NCBI RefSeq assembly: GCF_963921235.1
Contig: NC_086097.1
Coordinates: 120,530,001-120,594,000 of the forward strand
DNA length: 64,000 nt
Direction: 5' to 3'
Origin: Mobula hypostoma
Lineage: Eukaryota
The notes beneath the pieces were generated by a model, which worked only from the letters and a program-made list of their open reading frames with translations, searched no databases and had not been told where the DNA came from. This document shows, piece after piece, positions 11,316 to 23,149 of the stretch. How positions within the stretch are numbered: position 1 is the first letter of the stretch; each line of letters begins with the position of its first letter. The position numbers and the translations under genes are program-made.

Positions 11316-11964
11316 AAAACTTTTCAGACAGGGAACCCAATACATCACACATTAGGTGTAGAGATAATATTTCATTCATTAGCTATAGATATAATTTTTC
11401 CTGTAATTGCAAGAATAATATTGATTTGATATCTCAATGGATGCAATGATGAGCACTCATTTTATTTTGTGTGTGTGTGTGTGTGTGGGCTCAAAGTTCA
11501 AAATAGAATCCTCCAGGTGCTCCATTTTCCTCCCACGTTCCAAAGATGTACAGTTTAGTTGGTTGATTGGTCACATCAGTGTAATTGGAGGGTGTGGGCT
11601 CTCTGGACAAAAAGGGCCTGTTACCACACTGTATCACTGAATAAATAAAAATTACTAAGTATGTATATGTCACCATGTTCCAGCTTGAGATAACATCCAT
11701 TTACCTAAATGTGCTTTTTTAGTGAATAAATTAATTTTGAATAGTAGTGAATTTGAAAAATGTGAATAGTTCTGCATGTAGTAACGTGATCATAATTACC
11801 ATACAATTATTTTTAGATACTGAGAAGTGGAAACAAAACAGTAGCAATTGGAAATTTGAAACAAAAACAGAAAAAGCTGTGGATATTCAATAGATCTGGC
11901 AGCATCTTATCGAGTCATACAGCTTGTTAGCCTGACATTTCTATGTCAACTATAAGCCCATATT

Positions 11965-12818
11965 AAGACATAGGAGCAGAATTAGGCCATTCAGCCCATT
12001 GTGTCTGTTCCTCCCAGATCCTACTCAATCCCATACACCTGCATTCTCGCCATATCTCTTGATGCCCTGACTGATCAGGAAACAATCAGCTTCTGCCTTA
12101 TAAATACACACGGACTTGGCCTCCACTGCAGTCTGTGGCAGAGCATTCCACAGATTCACTACTCTCTGGCTAAAAAATTCTTCCTTACCTCTGTTCTAAA
12201 TGGTCACCCCTCAAATTTGAGGCTGTGTCTTCTAGTTCTGGATATCCCACCATAGGAAACATCTTCTCCACACCCACCCTATCTAGTCCTTTCAACATCT
12301 GGTAGGTTTCAAAGTGATTTCCCCCCCCCCACCACGTTCTTCTAAATTCCAATGAGTACCGCCTCAAAGCTGCCAAACGCTTCTCATATGTTAACCCCCT
12401 CATTCCTGGAATTATCCTCGTGAAACTCCACTGGACTACCTCCAATGACAACACATCCCTTCAGAGATATGAGGCCCAAAACTGTCGGCGATACTCTAAG
12501 TGTGGCCTGACTAGTGTCTTATAAAGGCTCAGCATTACCTCCTTGCTTTCATATTCTATTCCCCCTGAAATAAATGCCAACATTGCATTTGCCTTCTTTA
12601 CCACAGACTCAACCTGTAAATTAAATTTCTGGAAGTCTTGCTCGAGGACTCCTAATTCCGTCTGCATCTCTGATGTTTGAACCTTCTCCTCATTTAGATA
12701 ATAGTCTGCACCATCGTTCCTTTTACCAAAATGCATTATCATACATTTCCCAACACTGTATTCTATCTGCCACTTTTTTGTCCATTCTTCCAATTAGTCT
12801 AAGTCCTACTGCAATCGC
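11965..12818 (-). mobile_element. 5'-truncated CR1 LINE
   Basis: Minus ORFs WQIEYSVGKCMIMHFG...LYKTLVRPHLEY and FTRIIPGMRGLTYE; tail TAAGACATAGGAGCAGAATTAGGCC. Confidence 0.92.
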
Positions 12819-13183
12819 ACTACTATCAAATAATTATCTATACTAATCTTATTTACCAGAAATTGATACATCACCTTCTGTGCCTTGGCCATTCAAGTGG
12901 GCATCAGATACAACTAAACATTGTAAGGGTCTATGCTGTTACTAGACACTGAGTCAGTGAGGTCCGATACAAAAGTATCTCTTCAAATCCCCCTTAAACT
13001 CCTTTTCCTTTATAATATATCTATGTCCTTTAGTTTTAGGCATCTTTATTATAGGGAGATGTTTCCTAGTGTCATAATTTTACTTACCAATATTAGGTCT
13101 TGCCTCAGCCTTTTCTTCTCCAAGAAAAAATAATCTCTTCTAGAGAGATTTAGTATTTCAGGAAAATAATCCATCGTTAGAAA

Positions 13184-13450
13184 GGGGTGCCACAATAAGT
13201 GGTTAGCGTGGTTCTATTGCAGCTCAGGGTGTCAGAGTTCAGAGTTTAGTCCCAGCGTCCTCTGAAAGAAAGATTGTATGCTCCTCCCATGTGTACAAGG
13301 GTTTCCTCCTGGTGTTCCGCTTTCCTCCCATAGTCCAAGGACATTAATTGGTTATTGTGAATTGCCCTGTGATTAGGCTACGGTTAAATAGATATGGCTC
13401 GGCTTGGTGGGCCAGAAGGGCCTGTTCTGTTCTATATCCCTGAATAAAAT
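13184..13450 (+). mobile_element. tRNA-derived V-SINE (HE1-like)
   Basis: tRNA-like head (GTGGTTAGC), V-domain GGGTTTCCTCCTGGTGTTCCGCTTTCCTCCCATAGTCCAA and CR1-like tail GGGCCAGAAGGGCCTGT. Confidence 0.8.
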
Positions 13451-13534
13451 AAAGTACAATAAAATATAAAAGTGAGAAAATAAGTGTATTTTAATTTGCA
13501 GGGAAGGGGAAGGAAACAGGAACTGAAAGAGCAG

Positions 13535-13812
13535 TTTATTTATTTGTTTGTTTATTGAGATACAGTGCAGAGTAGGCCCTTTAAGCCACACTACTCAGCA
13601 ATCCCTCAATTTAATTCTTAGCCTAATCATGGGACAATTTACAATGACCTATTAACTAACCAACTGGTGCCTCTTTGGACTGTGGAAGGAAACCAGTGGA
13701 CCCAGAGGAAACACATGCAGTCACGGGGAGAACATGCAAACTCCTTATAGGCAGCGACGGGAATTGAACCCAGGTAGCCGATACTGTAAAGCGTTATGCT
13801 AACCACCCTATC
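13535..13812 (-). mobile_element. tRNA-derived V-SINE
   Basis: Reverse-complement V-domain TTTGGACTGTGGAAGGAAACCAG and (TTTA)n tail. Confidence 0.8.
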
Positions 13813-13919
13813 ATAGTATCATATACAGAGTAAAAACCACGGTTGTCAGGGTGACAAAATTACTTTCTGACTGATTTAAGAAGGAAAGTAATGTGAGCTA
13901 ACCATAGTCCATATGTCTA

Positions 13920-14660
13920 GAGATTAGTTATTGTCTAAGACATCAAGGGCCAATGAATTTCCTTGCTTGTGCAATGTTCTCAGAGAAAACAGTATATTTG
14001 GGAACAATAAGTACAACAATAAAACAATGTCAAGTGCAAAAAAACCATCATGGTGCGAAGGTTAGAGGGCAATTGAAGTAGTGCAACAGGTCTTAAATGG
14101 CAAAAGCTAAATAGCTCAGAGGTAGAGGTGAAAGTACAAGAATATTCAGCAACACCGGGAAGTTACTGAAAATGAGAGAATTTCTTCAGGAGTCTGACTG
14201 CAGTTGAGAAAAAAAAAACTGCTCTTAAGTCTAGATGTTAGGTTTTCAAGCTCCTGAATCTTCTCCCTGAAGGTGGAATTGAGCAAAGGGAGTTACCAGG
14301 GTGGCTGGTGTCCATAGCAATACTGTTAGTCTTCCTGAAGCAATAGACCATGAAGATGGACTGGATGGAAGGAAGTGATAAGCCTGTGATAGGCTGTGTA
14401 GTGTTTACTCCTGTCTACTGCTCTGCAGGTTCCGTTGATCAAGAGCAGGGTACTTGCAAACAGAGTGTGATGCACCTGTCAGAATATTTTCAATGAGGCA
14501 TCTGTAGAAGTTTGAGACAATCCTCAAAGACATGCTGAATATTCTGAGATACTTAAAAAAGTGGATACACTCATGCATTTTCTTGATCATTGTATCCTAG
14601 TGGTGATATGGAGGCTTAGGCACTTGAAGCTGTCGACCATCTCCGTTCTTCTGACAAAAA
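13920..14660 (-). mobile_element. Old Rex1/Babar-type LINE 3' fragment
   Basis: Minus ORF SNFYRCLIENILTG. Confidence 0.6.
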
Positions 14661-14749
14661 CAGGGTTGTGTTTATCGCTACCACATCTTCCATGGAAACG
14701 GAGATGAATAAGAGCTGTTAGTAAAACATACGACGGAATTCAGAGACGC

Positions 14750-15060
14750 AGGGCACTGAATGTCGAAAATGGAAAATCAAAGAAAATGTTGAAAAAACTG
14801 AAAAATAGATCAGGCAGCATCTATGAAGAAAGCGAGAGAGAGAAAAAATTGAGTTCATGCTCCAATTCCCTGCTGAGTCTCAAGGGCTACAACATGGCAA
14901 AGCAGGAGATGAAGTTGCTTTTCTTTGAGCTGTGTCAGTATAGAGTTGGAAGCTAAAGACAGAAGAGTTGGAATAGGATTGGAATGGAGAATTGAAGTGA
15001 CTGACAACTGGAAGCTTGAGGTCACAACATTATTTCGAATGAAGGTAAACTAAAACTTGA
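14750..15060 (-). mobile_element. Old Penelope-like remnant (GIY-YIG C-terminus and terminus)
   Basis: Minus strand LKLPVVSHFNS matches the 59940-60060 remnant; terminal motif TCAGGCAGCATCTATG is present. Confidence 0.5.
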
Positions 15061-15207
15061 TGCAGTGCTCAATTGAGCCTGCAACTGGCTTCACAACAAG
15101 CTAAATGTCGAGACATAGCACAGGGCCTGTACAAGCTAATACTAACAGCTCAATCGTAAAAATGCCACCCATCTCTACCAGATACTTAACTGTGCAAACA
15201 TACTGTT

Positions 15208-15773
15208 CATTCAGTGGTTACTTTATTAGATATACCTTTACACATGGTCATTAATGCAAATATCTTATCAGTCAATCATGTGACAACAACACAGTGCACA
15301 AAAGCACAGTGACATGGTCAAGAGGTTCAGTTGTTCATCAGACCAGACATCAGAATGGGAAGGAATGTGATCTCAGTGGCTTTGACCACGGAATGATTAT
15401 TGATGCCAGTTGGGGTGGATTGAGTATCTCAGAAACAGCTAATCTCCTGGGATTTTCAGCACAACAGTCTCGAGGGTTGACAGATAATGGAAAACAAAAA
15501 CAAAAACAAAAAAAATCCAGTTAGTGGCAGTTCTGTGGGCAAAAATGTCTTGTGTATGAGAGAGTTCGGAGGAGAATGGCCAGACTGGATTAAGCTGACA
15601 GGTAGGCAACAGTAACTGAAATAAATACATGCTACAACATTGGTGTGCAGAGGAGCATCTTTAAACACCCAACCTATCTACATCTGAAGTGGATCGGCTA
15701 CAGCAGCAGAAATACACACAGTGGTCACTTTACTAGGTACCTCCAGTAGCTAATAAATTGGACACTGAGTGTA
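15208..15773 (+). mobile_element. Non-autonomous Tc1-derived element, copy 3
   Basis: ORF piece GKECDLSGFDHGMIIDASWGGLSISETANLLGFS; ends in inner TIR 15713-15740 and outer TIR 15746-15773. Confidence 0.88.
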
Positions 15774-16424
15774 TGTTTCTGGCCTTCCAATCACTAATTG
15801 CCTAACCTGTAAGCTGAACACAATGAGAGAATATCAGATCATAAAAGGCCAATTAAGTTAAGCTTTTTTTTAGCAGTTATCTTTCCAGGTGAGGTTAAAA
15901 AAAAGATAAAGCAAGACAACACAACGTCGGTCAAGGAACGTTTAGGCTTTCCACATGTTTCCCTTTTCCTTGCTTTTTCACTGTTAAATCCCTGGTTCCA
16001 ATTTACATAGGTAGGAAATTTCACCTATTCACCACCACAAGATAATTATGCATGCATTATTTAATTACAAGCAAGAGGAAATCATTACGTATTGCACAAA
16101 TTATGTCTCAGAGCTGATTTAGTCTGTACTGTGCAACTTTGTACTTCAAAATTCAGAAGTACTTCTAAAATTTGAGCTTAATGATAAAGAGAATTGCAGA
16201 CTTGCTTTCTTTCTGCAGGAATAAAAGAAACTCTGGTTGGGAAACTTGACTCATCGATACAGATTGGTATATGTGACCTGGACAGTGAGAACCTGAGCCT
16301 AACTAGATTAAAGGATGTAGTTACTAGTGAACAGGCAGCAAGTAAGATCACCAGTAAGGCGAACTTCTCGCAAATGAGGTGCGAGTGTATTAAACAAACT
16401 CCTGTCATAAGCAGATAATGAAGT

Positions 16425-17045
16425 GTTCAAAGTTCAAAGTAAATTTATTATCAAAGTACGTATATATATATTATACATCCAACCCTGAGATTCATTTTCT
16501 TGTGGACATTCACAGTTAGTACAAAGAGTATAAATAAATGAATAAATAAGCAATAATTATCAAGAAGATGAGATGAAGAGTCCTTGAATGAGTTCATAGG
16601 TTGTGGGAACAGTCCAGTGTTGGAGTGAGTGAGGTTGAATGAAGTTATCCCCTTTGGTTGAAGGGATTAATGGTTGAGGGGTAATAACTGTTCCTGAACC
16701 TAGTAGTGTGGGTCCTGAGGCTTATGTACCTCCTTCCTGATGGCAGCAGTGAGAAGAGAGTCTGACCTGGATGGTCGGGGTCCCTGATGATAAATGCTTC
16801 TTTCCTGCAACAGTGTTCCATGTAGATCTGCTCAATGGTGGGGAGGTCTTTAATCATGATGGACTGGGTTGTATCTATTGCTGTTTGTAGGATTTTATGG
16901 TCAAGGGCATTGGTGTTTCCACAACCAATCAGTATTCTCCCCTCTGCACATCTATAGAAGTTAGTCAACCTTTTACATGGCATGCTGAATTATCGCAAAC
17001 TTCTAAGAAAGTGGTCCTGCTGTGCTTTCGTTGTAGTGGCACTTA
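16425..17045 (-). mobile_element. Rex1/Babar-type LINE 3' fragment
   Basis: ORF 16645-16983 has IIRDPDHPGQTLFSLLPSGRRY...RFRNSYYPSTI; (ACTTTGA)n tail. Confidence 0.85.
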
Positions 17046-17127
17046 CGTCCCTTTACAAAGGCAGATAAGCTTCTTCAAAAAATGAGCTGGCTTAATCTCT
17101 CAGGAATGTAAATTAAACTGTGAAGTA

Positions 17128-17425
17128 CTATGGTCGCATAGCAGTTTGAGCGATGCTTTTACAACTCGGAGAGTCAAAGAGTTCGGAATTTAATTTCCGT
17201 GCTGTCTGAAAGGAGTTGGTACATTCTGCCTGTGACTGCATGGGTTTCCTACAGGCACTCCGGTTACCTCCTGCAATCCAGTGACGCACTGGGTAGTAGG
17301 TTAATTGATCATTGTAAATTGTCCTGTGATTCAGCTAGGATTAAATTGGTGAGTTGCTAGTGGCATGGCTCGTTGGGCTGGAGGGGCCTGTTCTACGCTG
17401 GATCTCTAAACAAATAAATAAATTT
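17128..17425 (+). mobile_element. tRNA-derived V-SINE
   Basis: GCATGGGTTTCCTACAGGCACTCCGGTTACCTCC V-domain; GGGCCTGTTCT...(AAAT)n tail. Confidence 0.75.
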
Positions 17426-18157
17426 ATAGCTTCAAGATTCAAGATTATTTACTATCAATTAAAAAGAACACAAGAAATATCAATATAAAAGAAATCCTAT
17501 AAAGCACAATGTACAAGTAACTATCTGAGAGTGGCCATTTATACAATATGTATATGAAGTGAGACGGAGTGCAGGCAGTGCACATAATTTGACTCTGACA
17601 GGAAATGATAAAATGCCAAAGTGACCCTTGGCAAGAGGAACTCTTCTAGATAGCAGCAGGACACGTGAAAACACAGTTGGACAATGAATGTGTCAGTATG
17701 GGTATGAGGTGTGAAATGAAAGGGTAAAGTGACAGCGTATGGGGGGGATTGAAGAGGCTAATAGACAAACATGTAGACAAGAAATATTGCTCGAAGCACA
17801 GGAATCCTGAGACTCTGAAACAAACGATGAAACCCATATAGAACAGTCAGCCATTGAATTGCGTAAATCTCAGCTCTCTGATGACCCTCTGAGTCTGAAT
17901 GTCACCACTTTAAGCCCAATTCCTGAGACATTAGTACAAAATCTAGACAGGCTCTTCATTGTAGTGCACTTTCAATGACTCTACAACTCATGTTCTCAAT
18001 ATTATTTATTACTTATTATTTGTATAGTTTGACTTCTTAGATATATTAGTTGTTTGTTCATCTTTGTGTGTAGTTTTTAATTGATTCTATTGTGTTTCTT
18101 TGCATCTACTGAGAATGCCCACAAGAAAAAGAATTCTGGTAACATATATGTACTCAA

Positions 18158-19155
18158 TGGTGGGTGGGCTTTACCCATGATCGACTGGGCTATATCCACT
18201 ACGTTTTGTGGGATTATCCATTCAAGGATATTGGGGTTACCATTCTAGTCTGTGATGCAGCCGGTCAACACACTCTTCACAAGACATCAATCAAAGTTTG
18301 TCAAAGTTTTACAGTATATGTCAGGTTGATTCTTTGCAAGCTCCTAAGGAAGTAGAGGTGCTGCTGTTATTTCTTCATTATTGCACTCAGGTGCTGGGCC
18401 TAGGACAGGTCCTCCGAAATAACAACACTGAGGAATTTTAAGTTGCTGATCCTCTCCACCTCTGACCCCTTGATAAGGATTGGCTATGGATCTCTTGTTT
18501 TCTCTTCCTGAAGTCAATAATCAACTCCTTGCTCTTGCTGATATTGAGCGAGAGGTTGTTGCTATGGCACCACTCAACCAAATTTTCGATCTCCCTCTGA
18601 TATGCTGATTCAACACCGCCTTTGACTTCGCCTACAGCAGTGGTGTTATCTGCAAACTTGAATATGGCTTTGGAGCTGTGCTTAGCCATGCAGCCATAAA
18701 TGTAAAATGAGTAGAGCAGGGGGCTAAGCACACAACCTTGTCGTGCACCTGTGCTAAAAGGGATTGTAGTTGAGATGTTGTTGCCAAACCGAGTTGACTG
18801 CAAGAGAGGAAATCGAGGATCTGATTGCGCAAGGAGGTGTTGTAGCCGAGATCTTGAAGCTGGTTGATTAGCTTTGAGGGGATAATGATATTGAATGCTG
18901 AACTGCAGTCAATAAGAAGATACTAATGTTTGCATCTCAGCTGTCCAGATGTTGCAGAATTGAGAGAAGAGCCAATGTGTTAGCATCTGCTGTGCACCTG
19001 TTGCTCCAGTAGGCAAATTGGAATGAATCCAAGTTACATTTCAGGCAGGAGTTGATATGTTTCAACACCAACCTCTCAAAACACTTTATCACTGTAGATA
19101 TGCTGCCAGACGATAGTCACTGAGACAGGTTACCGCATTCTTCTTAGGCACCGGT
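18158..19155 (-). mobile_element. Rex1/Babar-type LINE RT fragment
   Basis: [23 protein letters not shown] and WCHSNNLSLNISKSKELIIDFRK. Confidence 0.88.
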
Positions 19156-19661
19156 ATCATAAAGGAAATAAAGAAAATATATGCCAAATTAATTTCTTCT
19201 CACATCAACTTGATAACAGGATTAAATATTTTTAATAATGTTATTCCAACAGAGTTCTCAAAATCTTTAAAGAGTTCAGTAGTTTGCAGTGATTAATGCC
19301 TGGTCTTCATCCACTTCTATATTTCTGTGAAAATTGCTTCTCCTCACAGTTGGCACAAAAGGGATTTGTTTCAGAACCTGCTTTATTCTCTGAACTTGCA
19401 GCTACTATTCAGAGCCAATTAAGCTCTGACAAGTTCAGTAAAAACAGTACAGTTTGCCTTTGATTTAAATGACGCCCCACAGCTCCAGTTTTTAAAATTG
19501 TCAACACATTTACTGCTCAATAACATTACGGATTTTTGTCAGTAGCTGCCATTGCTAGTTTCTTGATCTACTCTTTCCTTCCCTAGATTTATATAGTTTC
19601 ATACGACCACAAGCCTGGTATTTCACTAACAATGCAGCTCTACCAAACTTCATAAAAATAC

Positions 19662-20128
19662 AAGGGATTCTGCAGATGCTGGGGATCCAGGGCCACACAC
19701 ACACAAAATGCTGCAGGAACTCAGCAGGTCAGGCAGCATCTATTGAGGAAAATAAGCAGTCGATGTTTCGGCCCGAGACCCTTCATCAGCACTGGAAAAG
19801 AAGGGGGAAGAAAGCAGGATAAGAAGGCGGGAGAGTGGAAGTAATACAAGCTGGCAGGTGATAGGAGAAACCACCTGAGGAAGGTAGATGGGTGGGAGAA
19901 GGGGGATGAGGCGTGAAGCTCGGAGGTGATAGGTGGAAGAGGTAAAGGGCTGAAGAAGAAGGAATCTGATAGAAGAGGAGAGTGGATCATTGGAGAAAGA
20001 AGGAAGAGGGGAACCAGAGAGAGGTGATTGGTAGGTGAGGATAAAAGAAGGGGTAAGAGGTGAGCCAGAAGGGGGAATGGAAGAAGGGATAAGGGGCAAC
20101 AAGGAGAAAAATTGACATTCATGCCATC
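19662..20128 (-). mobile_element. Penelope-like element 3' region
   Basis: Starts at the DGMN ORF end (TTCATGCCATC), has a pyrimidine-rich UTR and the terminal motif, and is colinear with 59485-59900. Confidence 0.85.
19758..19793 (-). ncRNA. Minimal hammerhead ribozyme motif (core intact, stems slightly decayed)
   Basis: Minus strand AGUG-CUGAUGA-AGGGUCUCGGGCC-GAAACAUC-GACU. Confidence 0.7.
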
Positions 20129-20260
20129 CTTTTAAAAATTGCACAAGTTCTCTGTTGAGTTTGTTAATGTGAAGGTAAGTCCAGTATTGAGCACACTATC
20201 TGACTACAAACACATGAACTTCAGTGACTTTTGTAAGCACATAATGATCATTTCAGTTGT

Positions 20261-20868
20261 TGTCAGATTGTTGGTGCAACCCTCAGGCTTGGCCAGCACG
20301 TGTTCGTCTAGGGGAAAACAACTTCTGGCCCCGCCAAACTGAGAAATCTCGTTTGTGTGGATGCTGCGTGATGTGTTGCCCGGTTACAAATCCGCACCGC
20401 AAAATATCAGACGGTACACCATATGCAATTAAATGATTGAACTTTATAAATCTTAATCTGAATAAAGGGTTAGTAAGGAAAATAAAAAGTAAAAGGGCCC
20501 ATTTTAAGGAAAAAGTCTATTGCGCATCGTCAGAGCTCACTGTTCATTCATTTGCTCCCGTCGACCTCCAAGCGTAGTCCGCCCTCTGACCCTAGCTCCT
20601 CAGTCTACTCCATCCGGTGGTCTTCCGACTCTCTCCATTCGTGTCCTCTCTGTCCATCGCTCCCCGACGAAAGACTGCGGAAATCTCTCTTCCAGACTCA
20701 CAAGAAAGAACAAAATTTCTCCTATTCGATAGCATACATTCCAAAGCCCTGTTATCCCTAGTCATAACCCAAACGTTGCTGCTACAGAGAAACCATTACC
20801 TTAGCAGTGAAACATTATATAGAAGCCATTACATTAGCCTTAGCAGTGGAACCAAACAGCGTGTTACA
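20261..20868. mobile_element. Probable solo LTR
   Basis: CpG-rich non-coding block ending TGTTACA. Its start is homologous to 33613-33790 (CCTCAGG..TCGTCTAGGG..GCCAAACTG..GTTTGTGTGG). No clear TSD. Confidence 0.6.
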
Positions 20869-21071
20869 TTCATTGGTAAGCAATGGAAGAGAGAAGATAA
20901 TCAGGCTTAGGAAAACAGAGGACAAAATCAGTGAGTAAAGTAAATTCATGTTCTATAACTCATGTTCTCAGTTTTAGTCATTTATTTAATTTTGCTCTTG
21001 CATAGAATGTCTTATTTTACACATTGTGTAGTTTTTCATTGATTCTATAGCATTTCTTTGTTCTACTGTGA

Positions 21072-21310
21072 TTAATTACTTACTTAAGTTCATCTCCCCT
21101 GCTGGGATATAGGCTGTCATCAGCAGCTTGCCAGAATCCTGTGTCCTGGGCCAGTCTTTCAAGTTGGCTTCAGGTGTAGCCCATCTTAAGATCCTTCCTC
21201 CCCCAAAGATGAGGTATTTGGAGCCTCTGTTGGTGTTTCTGGGTTTTATAGGATGGGTTTACTAGCCCCGTGCCCAACCCTCCTTCTTTCACAGCCAACC
21301 ATGGGGCCGT
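21072..21310 (-). mobile_element. Short RTE-derived element nested in a LINE 3' UTR
   Basis: Minus strand KMGYT*SQLERLAQDTGFWQ...LYPSRG (RTE C-terminus) and a (TAAG)n tail. Confidence 0.65.
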
Positions 21311-22032
21311 CTATGGCCTGCAAGAAAATGAATCTCAGAATCTTAGTCTATGGTGACATTCACAAACCTTTATAATAAATTTACTTTGGACTTTGAACTC
21401 ATAAGGTCTAAGAGTCCTCTAGAGTGTCCCTGCAGTAGCTTAAGAATTTAGTTGGTGATAAATTATCTCAGAGGGAGTGGGTTCATAAGGGTCAGCAAGA
21501 GTCGAGATTGACTGGATGGCTCATGGTTGACTGAGGTGACAAAAATATTAAATATAACAGTCTATTCCACCTATTTTCCACTCTGATTGCAAATGGTGAA
21601 TGACCATGTTAAGGCAATGGGAGGTTTGGAATCCCAGAAATAAACCCAGGTTGAAATATCACCTTTCACTCTCAGAAGTAGTAAGGCGGTTGTGGTTGCC
21701 GGAAAGAAATCATCTCATTCCTAGGATGTCACAGCAGAAATTGCTCTGGATACTATCCAAAGGAGATCTATCAATGAACTACCCTCCATAATATGTGTAG
21801 GTACCTGCTGTTCATTGTACAAGTGACTCATCTGACTCAGAATCAGGTTTCACTGACAAATGTTGTGAAATTTGCTATTTTGCAATAGCAGCATAATGCA
21901 ATAAATAAAAATACTACAAAATACAAGAAATATACAGAATATACACTCAGTTTCATGAAATTTGTTGTTTTGTGGCAGCAGTACAGCACAATACATAAAT
22001 ATACTATAAAATACAGTAAGAAATATATACGC

Positions 22033-22373
22033 ATCTTTTGTTGTGTGCCATGTCGTATGAAGTGGCCAAGCATGTTCTTTCTATGACCATGATTGTTCTC
22101 AGCACATTTTTCTGCCATTGCCTTCTTCTGAGCAGGGTCTTTACAAGATGGATGACCCCAGCCATTATTGGTACTTTTCAGAATTGTCTGCCTGGCATCA
22201 GCGGTCGCATTATGCACCAGCAACTCATGTGACCATTCACCACCTGCTCCCATGGCATCACGTGACCCTTTTAGGGGTGGGGAGGGTCTAAACAGGTGCT
22301 ATACCTTACCCAATAGTGACCTGCAGACTAGTGGAGGGAAGTAGCTCCTTACACCTCCTTTGGTAGAGATGTA
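22033..22373 (-). mobile_element. RTE/BovB-related SINE
   Basis: Minus strand carries GAAGAAGGCAATGGCA, a motif typical of RTE-BovB-derived SINEs; non-coding. Confidence 0.5.
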
Positions 22374-22639
22374 CAGTACGTATATCTTTGTCCTTGTTCC
22401 AGGAAAGAAGTCTACCATTTAGATTGATGCTGTAAAAGAGTGGCATTTATTTAGTGTTAAGCTACTGATTCTGAGCCATAGTATCAGTGTTAGTTTTTAA
22501 GAGCATTAGCTAGTGGCCCTATTGGCTTAGTGTCTATTGTTTTTCCTTTAATTCTGCACAGTTCTAATTGAAAGGCAGTGAACTGGTCATCCGCTTCAGT
22601 GTCTCTCCCTCTGCACTCGGGCCATAACCCAAGTGGACA

Positions 22640-23128
22640 GGGCTAGTCCATCATGGGTAAAGCTCTCTCCATTAATGAATACATCTACATGAAACATTGT
22701 TGCAGGAAAGCAGCATCCATTATCAGGGACCCTACACCCAGGCCATGCTCTCTTCTTGGTGCTGCCATCAGGAAGAAGGTACGGGAGCCTCAGGGCTCAC
22801 ATCACCCATTTCAGGGATAATTACTACCGCTTAACCATCAGGCTCCTGAACCAAAGGGGATAACTTCACTTCATCATTGAAATGTTCCATTATGTATGGA
22901 TTCATTTTCAAGGACTCTTCACCTCATGTTCTCAATATTTATTGCTTATTTATTTATTTTAGTATTTCTTTTTGTATTTGCACACTGTTGAATACCCAAG
23001 TTGGTGCGGTCTTCCATTGATTCTATTATGGTTATTGTTCTATTATAGATTTATTGAGTATGCCCACAAGAAAATGAATTTCAGGGTGACATATATGTAC
23101 TTTGATAATAAATTTATCAAACTTTGAA
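22640..23128 (+). mobile_element. Rex1/Babar-type LINE 3' fragment
   Basis: AAAGCAGCATCCATTATCAGGGACCC...GCCATCAGGAAGAAGGTAC, a 3' UTR and AACTTTGAAC tail. Confidence 0.8.
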
Positions 23129-23149
23129 CCACACCCCACACCCCCAGCA

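Noticed and set aside
11469..11487. (GT)n and other microsatellites, e.g. (TA)n near 49125 and (GATA)n near 37698
   Set aside because: Ordinary simple repeats.
13184..13260. tRNA gene
   Set aside because: tRNA-like head of a V-SINE; no cloverleaf, and it continues into the V-domain.
19721..20144. 133-134 aa Leu/Pro/Ser-rich ORFs
   Set aside because: By-product of the pyrimidine-rich Penelope 3' UTR.
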